Shown here: positions 16,318 through 24,940 of the stretch, piece after piece | How the letters are laid out: the number at the start of each line of letters is the position of its first letter | How positions within the stretch are numbered: the first letter of the stretch is position 1 | Origin: Parcubacteria group bacterium | GTDB lineage: Bacteria > Patescibacteriota > Patescibacteriia > UBA2169 | NCBI GenBank assembly: GCA_016177305.1 | Contig: JACOVK010000061.1 | Span: 1 to 40,985, forward strand | Length of the DNA: 40,985 nt | Direction of reading: 5' to 3' | Position numbers and translations under genes: made by a program | The notes under the pieces: model-generated | The model's database searches: none | What the model was told of the DNA's origin: nothing | What the model saw: only the letters and a program-made list of their open reading frames with translations

Positions 16318-16551
16318 TTACCTTACTGGATCGTAGCCGCCTTGCGCCCATGGGTGGCAGCGCACAATTCGTTTTGATCCCATGGAGCACCCCTTCAGTA
16401 TACCAAATGATTGGATTGCGTCATACAGGTATTCTGAACACGTGGGGCGGTACTTGCAGGCGCCGTGCGGGAAAAACCCTTGCAACAACCCGTGGTCCGG
16501 GGACAGGGTCTTCTGGTAGATGCTGATGGCGAGGAGCAGGGCGCGTTTCAT
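16318..16551 (-). CDS. yidD: Membrane protein insertion efficiency factor YidD
   Basis: IYQKTLSP....CKYRPTCSEY signature. An ATGA overlap joins it to rnpA. Confidence 0.9.
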   Translation of the reverse strand: MKRALLLAISIYQKTLSPDHGLLQGFFPHGACKYRPTCSEYLYDAIQSFGILKGCSMGSKRIVRCHPWAQGGYDPVR

Positions 16552-16889
16552 GTGATGCGTGTTTTTTTGAACAAGCTGATCGTTAATGTTCGCAGTTCGC
16601 CAAATTCCAGTTCAAGCAGCGGCTTTTTGGTGATGAGAATGCCGTCAAAGCCCGGGGCAACTTTTGGCATGACGTCTCTGCGGATGATTTCGCGCAGCCT
16701 GCGCTTGAGCTTGTTGCGCAGCACCGATTTTTTGGAAATTTTGAGCGAGGTGATGATGGCGAAGCGCGAAACCTTGAGATTGTTTTTTGCCAATCGGATG
16801 CCGAGGTTGCCGACAAAAAAAGACCTGCCGCGTTTGTGCACGGCCTCAATGTCAGACCGTTTGGCAAGGCGGTTGGCCGCGTTCAGCAT
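16548..16889 (-). CDS. rnpA: Ribonuclease P protein component
   Basis: Basic 113-aa protein in the rpmH-rnpA-yidD-yidC synteny, with the segment KKSVLRNKLKRRLRE. Confidence 0.85.
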   Translation of the reverse strand: MLNAANRLAKRSDIEAVHKRGRSFFVGNLGIRLAKNNLKVSRFAIITSLKISKKSVLRNKLKRRLREIIRRDVMPKVAPGFDGILITKKPLLELEFGELRTLTISLFKKTRIT

Positions 16890-16892
16890 AGT

Positions 16893-17036
16893 TTAGGCAG
16901 GGGTAAGCCGCTTCCTGCCTTTTGCCTTCCGTCTTTTCAGAACGTTGCGGCCGCCCGGGCTTGCGCTGCGCTTCCGGAATCCGTGCACCCTTGCGCGCTT
17001 CTTCTTTTTTGGCTGGTAGGTTCGTTTTGTTGACAT
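16893..17036 (-). CDS. rpmH: 50S ribosomal protein L34
   Basis: [23 protein letters not shown]... I used the ATG at 17036, which is internal to the track ORF. Confidence 0.95.
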   Translation of the reverse strand: MSTKRTYQPKKKKRARVHGFRKRSASPGGRNVLKRRKAKGRKRLTPA

Positions 17037-17116
17037 AGTGTTTGTGGAATTAGCAACAGATACAGAGTAGCACGTCAAGACGCTTGATACAAGCCTTGGT
17101 TATGGGGTTTGTGATT

Positions 17117-17863
17117 TTATGACCGGACTCCAATGCCCCACAGAAATTCAAAAATTTGTTTAAGGCTGAATGCCAGATCCGGCGAATAAATGATATACGC
17201 AATACCCTCTTTGCGCGTTGAAATCAGGCCAATGTTGTTTTCATAGATGTAGATACTGGCCTTCAAATCAACGTATTCGGGTAAGTACCGTATCTGCCGC
17301 AGGTAGGGTACTTGCTCATTGAAGATGGGTTCGTTGTGAACTGACTTTGATTTTATGCGGAGCGACCGCGTGTACAGTTTTGCATTCACACGGCGCGCAA
17401 TCCATTTTTTGATATATGTTTTGTCTACGGTTTGCAGGGTCAGTTCCGGAGGTGAGAAGTAGACATACTCTTTTTTAGCCTTTTTTAGTATGTCTTCGTA
17501 CACTTCGCGGCTGGCAAGCGGGCCTTGGAATATGCGTATTGATGGATTCTCGCCCTTATCCACATAGAGCGCCAAAAAATCCGGGAGCAAATCTTTGAGC
17601 TCCTGTTTTTGGATTTCAAATTTTTTATAGAGTTCTTTTGGCGGGAGCGCTATAAACGACTTTCGTTTGCCGTGGAATACGGTTTTTATGAACCCGCGCT
17701 CTTCCAAGGTACGGAGGTTGTCATATATGGCAGTGCGCCCGATGTTGAGGTCCTGCGCGAGGTCTTTTGCGGACCCTTCCCCGCGCTCAAGCGCGGCCAA
17801 ATAGAGCTGCGCCCGCTGGCTATCCAGCCCTGCAGAGAGCAGCCAGGAGATAAGGTTATTCAT
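17117..17863 (-). CDS. TrmB-family winged-helix transcriptional regulator
   Basis: LDSQRAQLYLAALERGEGSAKDLAQDLNIGRTAIYDNLRTLEERGFI followed by a TrmB-like C-terminal domain. I used the ATG at 17863. Confidence 0.7.
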   Translation of the reverse strand: MNNLISWLLSAGLDSQRAQLYLAALERGEGSAKDLAQDLNIGRTAIYDNLRTLEERGFIKTVFHGKRKSFIALPPKELYKKFEIQKQELKDLLPDFLALYVDKGENPSIRIFQGPLASREVYEDILKKAKKEYVYFSPPELTLQTVDKTYIKKWIARRVNAKLYTRSLRIKSKSVHNEPIFNEQVPYLRQIRYLPEYVDLKASIYIYENNIGLISTRKEGIAYIIYSPDLAFSLKQIFEFLWGIGVRS

Positions 17864-18053
17864 ATTTTCAATTATTTTTGACAAAAATTAAATTATTATT
17901 TACTTAATTTTAGCCTAAATCGCGTTAGGTTGCAATAGGATTTCAAAAATAGTTTACGATATTTTAGTTGTTTTTTATACTATAGGCATCCTGCAAAGTC
18001 CGGAATTACCGGACATTCACCACAGCGTTCATTTCATTCAGAAGGAGTGGAAT

Positions 18054-18431
18054 ATGCGTGCGATTGAAGAAATAGCCCAAGAAGGGCGGCTTGGCATGGT
18101 GGCCGAGTTGCTGGGCATGCACGATTTTGACGACCAGGCGTTCCAGTTTCTGGTTCGCGATCCGGAGTTCAGGGCCGCGGTTCGCAAAGCTGCCCAAAAA
18201 GCGTTCCGCAGGTGGGATGAGAAGGTTGCGGCAATCGTTGCGCACGTAAGCCGGTGCCGCTGGTGCCGCGAGAGAGCTCTTAGCTACGGCGACCAAGACC
18301 TTGAAGAACAGGTCAGGGGCTGGCGCCGTGTGGGCATGTTCAGGAATATTGAACAATTCGCCTGTGCAAAGACTCGCCGGGTGATTCCCATCAATAGACG
18401 ACAGCCAAACCGCGCTCGGGCGAAGAGCTGA
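18054..18431 (+). CDS. Hypothetical protein (125 aa, Arg-rich C-terminus)
   Basis: AAGGAG lies 6 nt upstream of the ATG. A TTTACG-17-TATACT promoter-like site sits at about 17953-17981. I recognised no family. Confidence 0.55.
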   Translation: MRAIEEIAQEGRLGMVAELLGMHDFDDQAFQFLVRDPEFRAAVRKAAQKAFRRWDEKVAAIVAHVSRCRWCRERALSYGDQDLEEQVRGWRRVGMFRNIEQFACAKTRRVIPINRRQPNRARAKS

Positions 18432-18582
18432 TTGTTCTAGCCTCTCATGAGGCAATACCCTCCCTTGCGGACGACAACGTCGTCTGTGGATGCTTGACAA
18501 GGCGCATGGTTTTGTGATAAGATGCAGTCTTCGTGTAAAAATCGCGAAGTGTTCCCAATAACCCCTAGCGAAAGGCTAGAAG

Positions 18583-19011
18583 ATGAAGCTCAAGGCGGTG
18601 ATTTCCAGAGATGCCCCTATGACGCTCTTCAAGGCGTTCAGCAGCGAAGGATTCGCCAGGACCTTCCTGGAGAACGTCTTGGTCGGCTGTCTCGGTGCGA
18701 AGGACCCGGCCGAGCGTCCAGCCGAGTACTACGTCCAGGAACCTGATCCCATGGTCACGGTCGGCGTGTGCCTCGGTGTGGAGCTCCGGCTCACGGGCAT
18801 CAGCAGGGGCGGGCGCACGGCCAAGCAGTTCCACGACGCCCTGAAGGCGCTCAAGGATCTCGCCGCGCGAACCATCGCCGAGAACCTCAAGGTTGGCCGC
18901 GTTCAGCTCTTTGTGGTCATCATGTTGGACGGCGATGTCGAGACCAAGCCCGGCTCGGGCCAGTACAGCAACGTGCTGGAGTCAGACGCCATCTGGGTCG
19001 AGACCAACTAG
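18583..19011 (+). CDS. Hypothetical protein (142 aa)
   Basis: It has its own TTGACA -35 box at 18494-18499 and is followed by a strong terminator. I recognised no family. Confidence 0.55.
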   Translation: MKLKAVISRDAPMTLFKAFSSEGFARTFLENVLVGCLGAKDPAERPAEYYVQEPDPMVTVGVCLGVELRLTGISRGGRTAKQFHDALKALKDLAARTIAENLKVGRVQLFVVIMLDGDVETKPGSGQYSNVLESDAIWVETN

Positions 19012-19046
19012 CCCAAGACGGCATAGCCTTCTGGCTCCGCCGACTG

Positions 19047-19098
19047 CACCCTTCTCTCGCAGATGGCAACATCGTCTGCGGGGGAGGGGTGTTTTTTT
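19047..19098 (+). terminator. Rho-independent terminator
   Basis: A long stem of about 17 bp including G:U pairs (core CGCAGA/TCTGCG) is followed by T7 at 19092-19098. Confidence 0.8.
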
Positions 19099-19123
19099 GT
19101 GTAGAATTTGCCGCCCAAAACCA

Positions 19124-19151
19124 TTGACAAATTTTGTAAAAGGGGTATAAT
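19124..19151 (+). promoter_or_regulatory. Near-consensus sigma70 promoter (TTGACA-16-TATAAT)
   Basis: TTGACA at 19124-19129, a 16-nt spacer, TATAAT at 19146-19151. Confidence 0.75.
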
Positions 19152-19157
19152 AAAAAT

Positions 19158-19251
19158 GTACCTGTGACCCGAAAGGGTTGTTCGGCTAAAGGAATTTCCA
19201 TACGCCGAAAGCAGGTACACTAAAAAACCGCCTTCCTTGAGGCGGTTTTTT
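19158..19251 (+). ncRNA. Candidate stand-alone small RNA of about 94 nt: a three-helix fold followed by an intrinsic terminator
   Basis: P1 is GTACCTG/CAGGTAC (19158-64 / 19212-18). P2 is ACCC-GAAA-GGGT. P3 is CGGC...GCCG. The terminator is at 19222-19251. There is no plausible ORF (only ATG-TAC-CTG-TGA) and no + strand gene downstream. Confidence 0.6.
19222..19251. terminator. Bidirectional intrinsic terminator
   Basis: AAAAAACCGCC-TTCCTTGA-GGCGGTTTTTT. It serves the + strand sRNA and the convergent minus-strand gyrA-operon ORF. Confidence 0.85.
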
Positions 19252-19654
19252 AGTTGCGTCGCTTGTCTTTCTTTTTCCAGATACTGTAAAAGTGAATGTT
19301 CCCAGTTCCTATTCTTCTCAAGATGACCGTGACTTTTGTATTTTGTTTCCCAACAACATGCCCTAATTCCCAAATTTCTGTCTTCTTTCCAAGCTTTTTA
19401 GAAAATTCTGATTTGTACTCAATCACTTCGTTGGCGTTTTTGATTACCGGAATCAACAACGGCAGCAGTCCGAGACGATACATCCTTTCTTTTTTTGATC
19501 GGGCGTGCCCTAACCCGTCATAGAGTAAGTGGCGGAAACCCTTGGAGGTAAAATGAATATCTTCGCTTAACAGAGGACAGTGCACCTGTCTCACCGCTTT
19601 GTACCATCCCCTTTTCTCTGTCACCATTCTTTCGTAGTATGTTTGTCCCTCCAT
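19250..19654 (-). CDS. AT-rich hypothetical protein (134 aa) appended to the gyrA operon
   Basis: The ATG at 19654 lies 9 nt after the gyrA stop. The composition is clearly more AT-rich than gyrA. The C-terminus is Lys-rich. I recognised no family. Confidence 0.55.
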   Translation of the reverse strand: MEGQTYYERMVTEKRGWYKAVRQVHCPLLSEDIHFTSKGFRHLLYDGLGHARSKKERMYRLGLLPLLIPVIKNANEVIEYKSEFSKKLGKKTEIWELGHVVGKQNTKVTVILRRIGTGNIHFYSIWKKKDKRRN

Positions 19655-19663
19655 ACACGACAA

Positions 19664-22138
19664 CTACACCAAGGTCACGTTCGCAACGCGGTCGCCGGGC
19701 TGCTTGAAGCGCATGATGCGCACCCCCTGCGTGGCGCGGCCGAGCTTGTTGATGGACTTTAAGGGCAAGCGGATGGTCTGGCCCTTGGCGGAAATGGCGA
19801 GCACGTCCGTCTTTTCATCTACGGTCGCGGGATCAAGCAAGCGCGCGCCCACAACCTCGCCGGTTTTGGAGGAGACGTTCGCGGTTTTAATGCCGGATCC
19901 GCCGCGGGACTGGACCTTGTACTCGCTCGCGGGGGACTGCTTGCCGTAGCCCTGGCTCATGACTACCAGCAGGGTTGTGTCTTTTTGCTTTTTGGGGTCA
20001 AAAATATCCATGCCAACCACGCGGTCAGCCTTTTTGAGGCGGATGCCCCGCACCCCGGCCGCTGCCCGGCCCATTGGCCTGACGCCTGTTTCCTCAAACC
20101 GGATGGCTTGCCCTGCCTGGGATACGAGCACAATGTTGTCACGCCCGCTGGAAGGCTTTACCCAGCGCAAGGAGTCGCCCTCTTTGAGCTTGATGGCAAT
20201 CAAGCCGCTCCGGCGCACGTGGCTAAAGTCATTGATATCAACCTTTTTGATGGTGCCTTCGCGCGTGACCATCACCAAAAACTTGGAGTCCTTGATGTCA
20301 TCAAGCGAGAGCACTACATTGATGCGTTCTTCTCCGGAAATCTGCAAAAAGTTCATGAGCGACGAGCCCTTGGCCGTGCGGCTCGCAACCGGAATGTCGT
20401 AGCCCTTGAGCTGGAACACCCTTCCGCGCGTGGTAAAGAAGAGGATGTCTGAGTGCGTCATGCCCGTAAAGAAGATGGACACCTCGTCCTCTTCCTTGGT
20501 GGTTAAACCGACCACGCCTTTGCCGCCGCGGCCTTGGGTCTTAAAGGTGTCGGGAGATAAGCGCTTGATGTACCCGTCGCGCGTAATCATGACCACCATG
20601 CCTTCGTTCGGAATCAGGTCCTCCTGGGAGAACTTATCAACCCCGCCGGCCACAATTTTGGTGCGGCGCTCTTCGCCGTAGGCGGCCTTGAGGTCCGCAA
20701 GCTCGCCTTTGATGATGGCAATCACTTTCTTGGGGCTTGCGAGGATTGCCTCAAGCTCCGCGATCCACTCTCGCTTTTCTTTGAGCTCGTCTTCCAGCTT
20801 CTTGCGCTCCAGGTTCGCAAGCTGGGACAGGCGCATGTCAAGAATTGCATTGGCCTGCAGTTCCGTGAATTTGAACGCCTTCATTAATCCGACCCGCGCT
20901 TCGTCGCGATCCTTGGATTTTTTGATCAAGGCGATCACCTTGTCAATAATGCCGATTGCCTTAACCAAACCTTCCAGAATGTGGGCGCGCGCCTTGGCGC
21001 GGGCAAGGTCAAATTCGGTCCTGCGGCGGATGACGGTTTTACGGTGTTTGATGAACTCTTCAAAAATGCTCTTTAGCGTCAGCACGCGCGGCTGGATGCC
21101 GTCCACCAGTGCGAGCATGTTCACGTGGAAGGTTGCCTGCAGGGCAGTGAGCTTAAAAAGGCGGTTTAAGATTTTTTGCGGGTACGTGTCTTTCTTCAGC
21201 TCAATCACCACGCGCACGCCGTCTTTGTCGGACTCGTCCCGCAGGTCGCGGATCCCTTCAATTTTTTTGTCCTTTACCAGCTCCGCGATTTTAGTGATGA
21301 GGTCCGCCTTGTTTACCTGGAACGGGATTTCCGTGATGATGATGTCGTGCGCCCCGCCCCGCGCTTCCACGATGTCCGTGACCCCGCGCATCACAATGCC
21401 GCCGCGGCCGGTTGCGTAGGCCTGTTTGATGTCGTCCTTGTTGTAGATGATGCCGCCCGTGGGGAAGTCCGGGCCCCTTACGATTTTGGCGAGCTCGCTT
21501 GCGTCAATGTCGGCATCGTCAAGAAGGGCCGCAATGCCGAGGCAGAGCTCGGAAAGGTTGTGCGGGGGAATGTTGGTTGCCATGCCCACGGCAATGCCCA
21601 GCGTGCCGTTTAGGAGCAGGTTCGGAAGCTTTGCCGGCAAAACGCGCGGTTCCTTTTGGGTGCCGTCGTAGTTGTCCGCAAAATCAACGGTTTCTTTTTC
21701 AATGTCAGCCAGGAGTTCTTCCGCGACTCTTGCGAGCTTGGCTTCGGTGTAGCGCATGGCTGCGGCGCCGTCCCCGTCCATGGACCCGAAGTTTCCCTGG
21801 CCGTGTATGAGCGGATGGCGCATGGAAAAGTCCTGTGCCATGCGCACCATGGCATCGTACACCGCAACGTCCCCGTGCGGGTGGTACTTGCCCAGCACTT
21901 CTCCGACGACGGTCGCGCTCTTGCGGAATTTGGCCGAAGGCTTTAGGCCCAAGGTCCACATGGCGTACAAAATCCTGCGGTGCACGGGCTTTAAGCCGTC
22001 CCGCACGTCCGGCAGGGCGCGCGAAACAATCACGGACATGGCGTAGTCCAAGTACGCCCGCTGCATCTCATCAACAATGGGCTGCTTTTCCACCCTGCCT
22101 CGGCTGTCCGGCTTTGGTTGTTCTTCCTTTTTCGGCAT
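19664..22138 (-). CDS. gyrA: DNA gyrase subunit A
   Basis: [18 protein letters not shown] (active-site Tyr) and C-terminal beta-pinwheel repeats. 824 aa. Confidence 0.97.
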   Translation of the reverse strand: MPKKEEQPKPDSRGRVEKQPIVDEMQRAYLDYAMSVIVSRALPDVRDGLKPVHRRILYAMWTLGLKPSAKFRKSATVVGEVLGKYHPHGDVAVYDAMVRMAQDFSMRHPLIHGQGNFGSMDGDGAAAMRYTEAKLARVAEELLADIEKETVDFADNYDGTQKEPRVLPAKLPNLLLNGTLGIAVGMATNIPPHNLSELCLGIAALLDDADIDASELAKIVRGPDFPTGGIIYNKDDIKQAYATGRGGIVMRGVTDIVEARGGAHDIIITEIPFQVNKADLITKIAELVKDKKIEGIRDLRDESDKDGVRVVIELKKDTYPQKILNRLFKLTALQATFHVNMLALVDGIQPRVLTLKSIFEEFIKHRKTVIRRRTEFDLARAKARAHILEGLVKAIGIIDKVIALIKKSKDRDEARVGLMKAFKFTELQANAILDMRLSQLANLERKKLEDELKEKREWIAELEAILASPKKVIAIIKGELADLKAAYGEERRTKIVAGGVDKFSQEDLIPNEGMVVMITRDGYIKRLSPDTFKTQGRGGKGVVGLTTKEEDEVSIFFTGMTHSDILFFTTRGRVFQLKGYDIPVASRTAKGSSLMNFLQISGEERINVVLSLDDIKDSKFLVMVTREGTIKKVDINDFSHVRRSGLIAIKLKEGDSLRWVKPSSGRDNIVLVSQAGQAIRFEETGVRPMGRAAAGVRGIRLKKADRVVGMDIFDPKKQKDTTLLVVMSQGYGKQSPASEYKVQSRGGSGIKTANVSSKTGEVVGARLLDPATVDEKTDVLAISAKGQTIRLPLKSINKLGRATQGVRIMRFKQPGDRVANVTLV

Positions 22139-22146
22139 GTTGTTCT

Positions 22147-22404
22147 CTAGTCGCGCTTCACCGCGTCTCCGAATACTCGGCTGCGGAGGTCATCAATATT
22201 AACCGTATCATCGGCCTCCGTAGGCTTTGGGGAGAAGATGGAAAATGATTTTAGCACGTCCTGGCTAAAGCTTTTGAATGTCTTATTGGTCGCTTTGTCC
22301 GCGTCCGGGAAAAACCAGATGCTCCACGCCGAAACAATGAGCGCCATGGCAACAACAATGGTGATGAGCATTCGGATCGCGTGTTTTGAGCGTTTTTGTT
22401 TCAT
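22147..22404 (-). CDS. Small single-pass membrane protein, unknown function
   Basis: A basic N-terminus is followed by a TM segment ([21 protein letters not shown]). It lies in the operon upstream of gyrA. Confidence 0.45.
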   Translation of the reverse strand: MKQKRSKHAIRMLITIVVAMALIVSAWSIWFFPDADKATNKTFKSFSQDVLKSFSIFSPKPTEADDTVNIDDLRSRVFGDAVKRD

Positions 22405-22409
22405 GCCGG

Positions 22410-23024
22410 TTATGGTTCTATATGCAGAATATCCATGGTGTCCGTAGGCAGATCTTTTTTGAGCAGCTTTACCCGTTCCTGCGCTGCCGGAGACGTGCCC
22501 ATTTCTCTAAAGAATTTTGATGCGCTGTCGTATGCGGTTGCAAGCTCTTTCTGCGCAAAGTGCATGGGAATCACCACGCGCGGCTCAATGCTCTCCACTG
22601 CGCTTTTGGCTGCTTTTGCATCCAGAACATCTTTGCCGCCGACCGGGACCAAGAGTATGTCCGCGCCCTCAAACAGGTCAAGCGAGCTTTCGGTGAGCGG
22701 TTTCCCGAGTCCGCCCAGATGTGCGATGGTAACCCCTTCAACCGTTACTCTGCTCAAGAGAGAATCCACTGGTCCGGACGGAGGGTTGGAAAGGCAGTAC
22801 ACAAAAATGCCGCCAGCCTCAAACTCGCCGGCAGCGCTGATGGCGAAGAGCTTTTCGGCCCGCGGCTCCACATTGATTTCGTCCTTTGGGCTTCCGAGCA
22901 CCACCACGTCAGCTTTCATGCGGCTTGCGCGAAGAGGGCTTTTTGCGGAAGGCGGAGCAAGGAGTATGATGGTATCTCCGGACTGGATTTTTACGCCCGA
23001 TAAACCGAGCAGTTCAATGGTCAT
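22410..23024 (-). CDS. MBL-fold (Lactamase_B_3-like) protein with degenerate metal motif
   Basis: The beta-lactamase-fold pattern is present (IELLGLSGVKIQSGDTIILL.P...; ..VTIAHLGGLG...L....DILLVPVGG....A..A...I.PRVVIPMHF). I saw no HxHxDH motif. Confidence 0.5.
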   Translation of the reverse strand: MTIELLGLSGVKIQSGDTIILLAPPSAKSPLRASRMKADVVVLGSPKDEINVEPRAEKLFAISAAGEFEAGGIFVYCLSNPPSGPVDSLLSRVTVEGVTIAHLGGLGKPLTESSLDLFEGADILLVPVGGKDVLDAKAAKSAVESIEPRVVIPMHFAQKELATAYDSASKFFREMGTSPAAQERVKLLKKDLPTDTMDILHIEP

Positions 23025-23111
23025 GGTCAAGCAAAAAAGTGCCCTATTGGCACGGTAATACTACACAAAAACTCTCCAAAAGTAAAGCGCGTTTTACGTT
23101 AGACGCGCCAA

Positions 23112-23600
23112 TTATTTTTTTGGGTTAAAAGAGACCTGCGGGCTGTCCAGTGCATTGCCAAGCGCACTCAGGCTTACCACTGCGGACTGCGCGCTGTTTG
23201 CGCTGATGGATGCGTTTTCGTGGGAGAAGGCGCTGATGGGCGCCTTTTTTGCGCTTGATAATTCGGATATATCCAGCCGTTTTGCGGCGGTAGTTTGCTT
23301 TTTGATTTCGGATTTCTTCATGCCTGGCGCATCCGCGATGCTGTGCGCGCGTTTGAGAATGGTTTGCCGTTGGCCATACGCCCCCCGGTGGTACCCCTTA
23401 AACGAACCTCCAGCTTCGCCAAGTTTTTCCACTGCTTTATCAAGAAAGGATTTTTGCTGTTTGAGGTTGAGTTTTTTTGAGGGCGAGGCAGTTGCGCCGA
23501 GCTCACGAAAAACACGTTCTACCATTTCATTGGACGTGCCTTTTTCCCGGGCTTTTTTCGCGGCTTCCAGCAAATCTCCGTGCGATGTCTGGGAAAGCAT
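23112..23600 (-). CDS. Hypothetical protein (162 aa)
   Basis: First gene of the minus-strand operon. TGgTATACT lies 8 nt upstream of the ATG, so the transcript is probably leaderless. Confidence 0.5.
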   Translation of the reverse strand: MLSQTSHGDLLEAAKKAREKGTSNEMVERVFRELGATASPSKKLNLKQQKSFLDKAVEKLGEAGGSFKGYHRGAYGQRQTILKRAHSIADAPGMKKSEIKKQTTAAKRLDISELSSAKKAPISAFSHENASISANSAQSAVVSLSALGNALDSPQVSFNPKK

Positions 23601-23630
23601 AGGTTTTTAGTATACCACGGGCTCAAATAC

Positions 23631-23659
23631 TTGCAAAAAACCTTGGTTTTATATATAAT
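23631..23659 (+). promoter_or_regulatory. Strong promoter (TTGCAA-17-TATAAT) of the S1-ftsH operon
   Basis: TTGCAA at 23631-23636, a 17-nt spacer, TATAAT at 23654-23659. Confidence 0.7.
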
Positions 23660-23767
23660 AAGCTTTGTTCTAAAAAGCCTCGTTTTACCATTAACTATTA
23701 TCAGTAATCCCCTTGCTACGGCTTGAGAGCGCCCGGAATGCGAGGCGCAAGGGAAAACCGTTACCAT

Positions 23768-24937
23768 ATGTTAGACACGAACGTGCGCACCGAAACTACC
23801 GGTTCCGATGCATCGGCAAAGCAAAGCGATGCCAACGCCAAAAGCCACAATGCCATTATCAGCTATCCGCACGCCTCGCAAGAAACGAGTGCCGCACTCC
23901 GTGCTACGGAGCGTTTTGCCATTCCAAAAGTGGGGGAGCTCGTGTCCGGGGAAGTGCTTGATATTTCCAAGAACGGAATCGTAGTCACGCTCGGCGGCAC
24001 GCTGACCGGGCTGGTGCGCGGCAGAGAGCTTGATGACGAGTCCGGCCAGTACTCAAAGCTTTCGGCCGGAGAAAAGGTTGAGGCCACGGTGCTTGAACTT
24101 GAGAACGAGCAGGGCATGCTTGAGCTTTCGTTTCGGCAGGCCGGGCACCGCAAAGCGTGGGACTCACTCGCCGAGCTTGCGAAGAGCGGGGAAATTGTTG
24201 ACGCAAAAATCATTGATGCCAACAAGGGCGGGCTGATGGTGCGGGTCGGGAACGTGGAAGGATTTTTGCCGGTATCCCAGCTTACGGTTGAGCATTACCC
24301 GCGCGTTGAAGGCGGGGACAAAAACAGGATTCTGGACCGCCTCCGCGCGTATGTCAACCACTCGTTCCGCGTAAAGGTGATTACCGTGCGCGAGCGCGAG
24401 GAAAAACTCATTGTCTCCGAGAAAGCGGCCTGGGAGCGCGAACAGCACGCCCAACTCGCGAAGTACGAGGTTGGCTCCGAAGTTACCGGGCGCATCACCG
24501 GAGTGGTTGACTTTGGAGTGTTCGTGGAGTTCGGGGACGGCCTGGAGGGGTTGGTGCACATTTCCGAGCTCGCCTGGCAGCGCATTGACAGCCCCGCGGA
24601 TTTGGTGAAGGTCGGGGATCAGATCCGCGCCAAGATCATTGCCGTTGAAGATGGCAAGGTTTCCTTATCCGTTAAAAAGCTGGTTCCCGATCCCTGGAAG
24701 CAGGCTGCCGAGAAGTACAAGGTGGGGGATTCGGTTACCGGAAAGGTGCTCAAGCTGAACCCCTATGGCGCGTTTGTGGAGCTTGATCCGGAAATCCACG
24801 GCTTAGCCCACGTTTCCGAGCTCGCGAAGAGCGGAGAGCAGGACATGCACAAGCTGCTTGCCGTGGGCGAGGTCCGGAAGTTCAAAGTCCTCTCGCTTGA
24901 GCCGGCCGCGCACCGCCTCGGATTGGGGCTCGTATAA
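23768..24937 (+). CDS. rpsA: S1 RNA-binding-domain repeat protein (ribosomal protein S1-like, four S1 domains)
   Basis: Repeated G..V.G.V......G..V.L.....G..H.SE pattern, for example GRITGVVDFGVFVEFGDGLEGLVHISEL. The start is uncertain: ATG at 23768 or 23738, or TTG at 23723. Confidence 0.85.
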   Translation: MLDTNVRTETTGSDASAKQSDANAKSHNAIISYPHASQETSAALRATERFAIPKVGELVSGEVLDISKNGIVVTLGGTLTGLVRGRELDDESGQYSKLSAGEKVEATVLELENEQGMLELSFRQAGHRKAWDSLAELAKSGEIVDAKIIDANKGGLMVRVGNVEGFLPVSQLTVEHYPRVEGGDKNRILDRLRAYVNHSFRVKVITVREREEKLIVSEKAAWEREQHAQLAKYEVGSEVTGRITGVVDFGVFVEFGDGLEGLVHISELAWQRIDSPADLVKVGDQIRAKIIAVEDGKVSLSVKKLVPDPWKQAAEKYKVGDSVTGKVLKLNPYGAFVELDPEIHGLAHVSELAKSGEQDMHKLLAVGEVRKFKVLSLEPAAHRLGLGLV

Positions 24938-24940
24938 GGT

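Noticed and set aside
19158-19218. Hammerhead ribozyme or SRP (4.5S) RNA identity for the small RNA.
   Set aside because: The junction reads CUGUGA rather than the invariant CUGANGA, because A6 is missing. The helix order does not fit any hammerhead permutation. The RNA is branched rather than one long hairpin, and it lacks the SRP domain IV GGAA-tetraloop/AGCA motif context. It also does not match the cores I recall for purine, c-di-GMP-I, fluoride, ZTP, glutamine or guanidine riboswitches.
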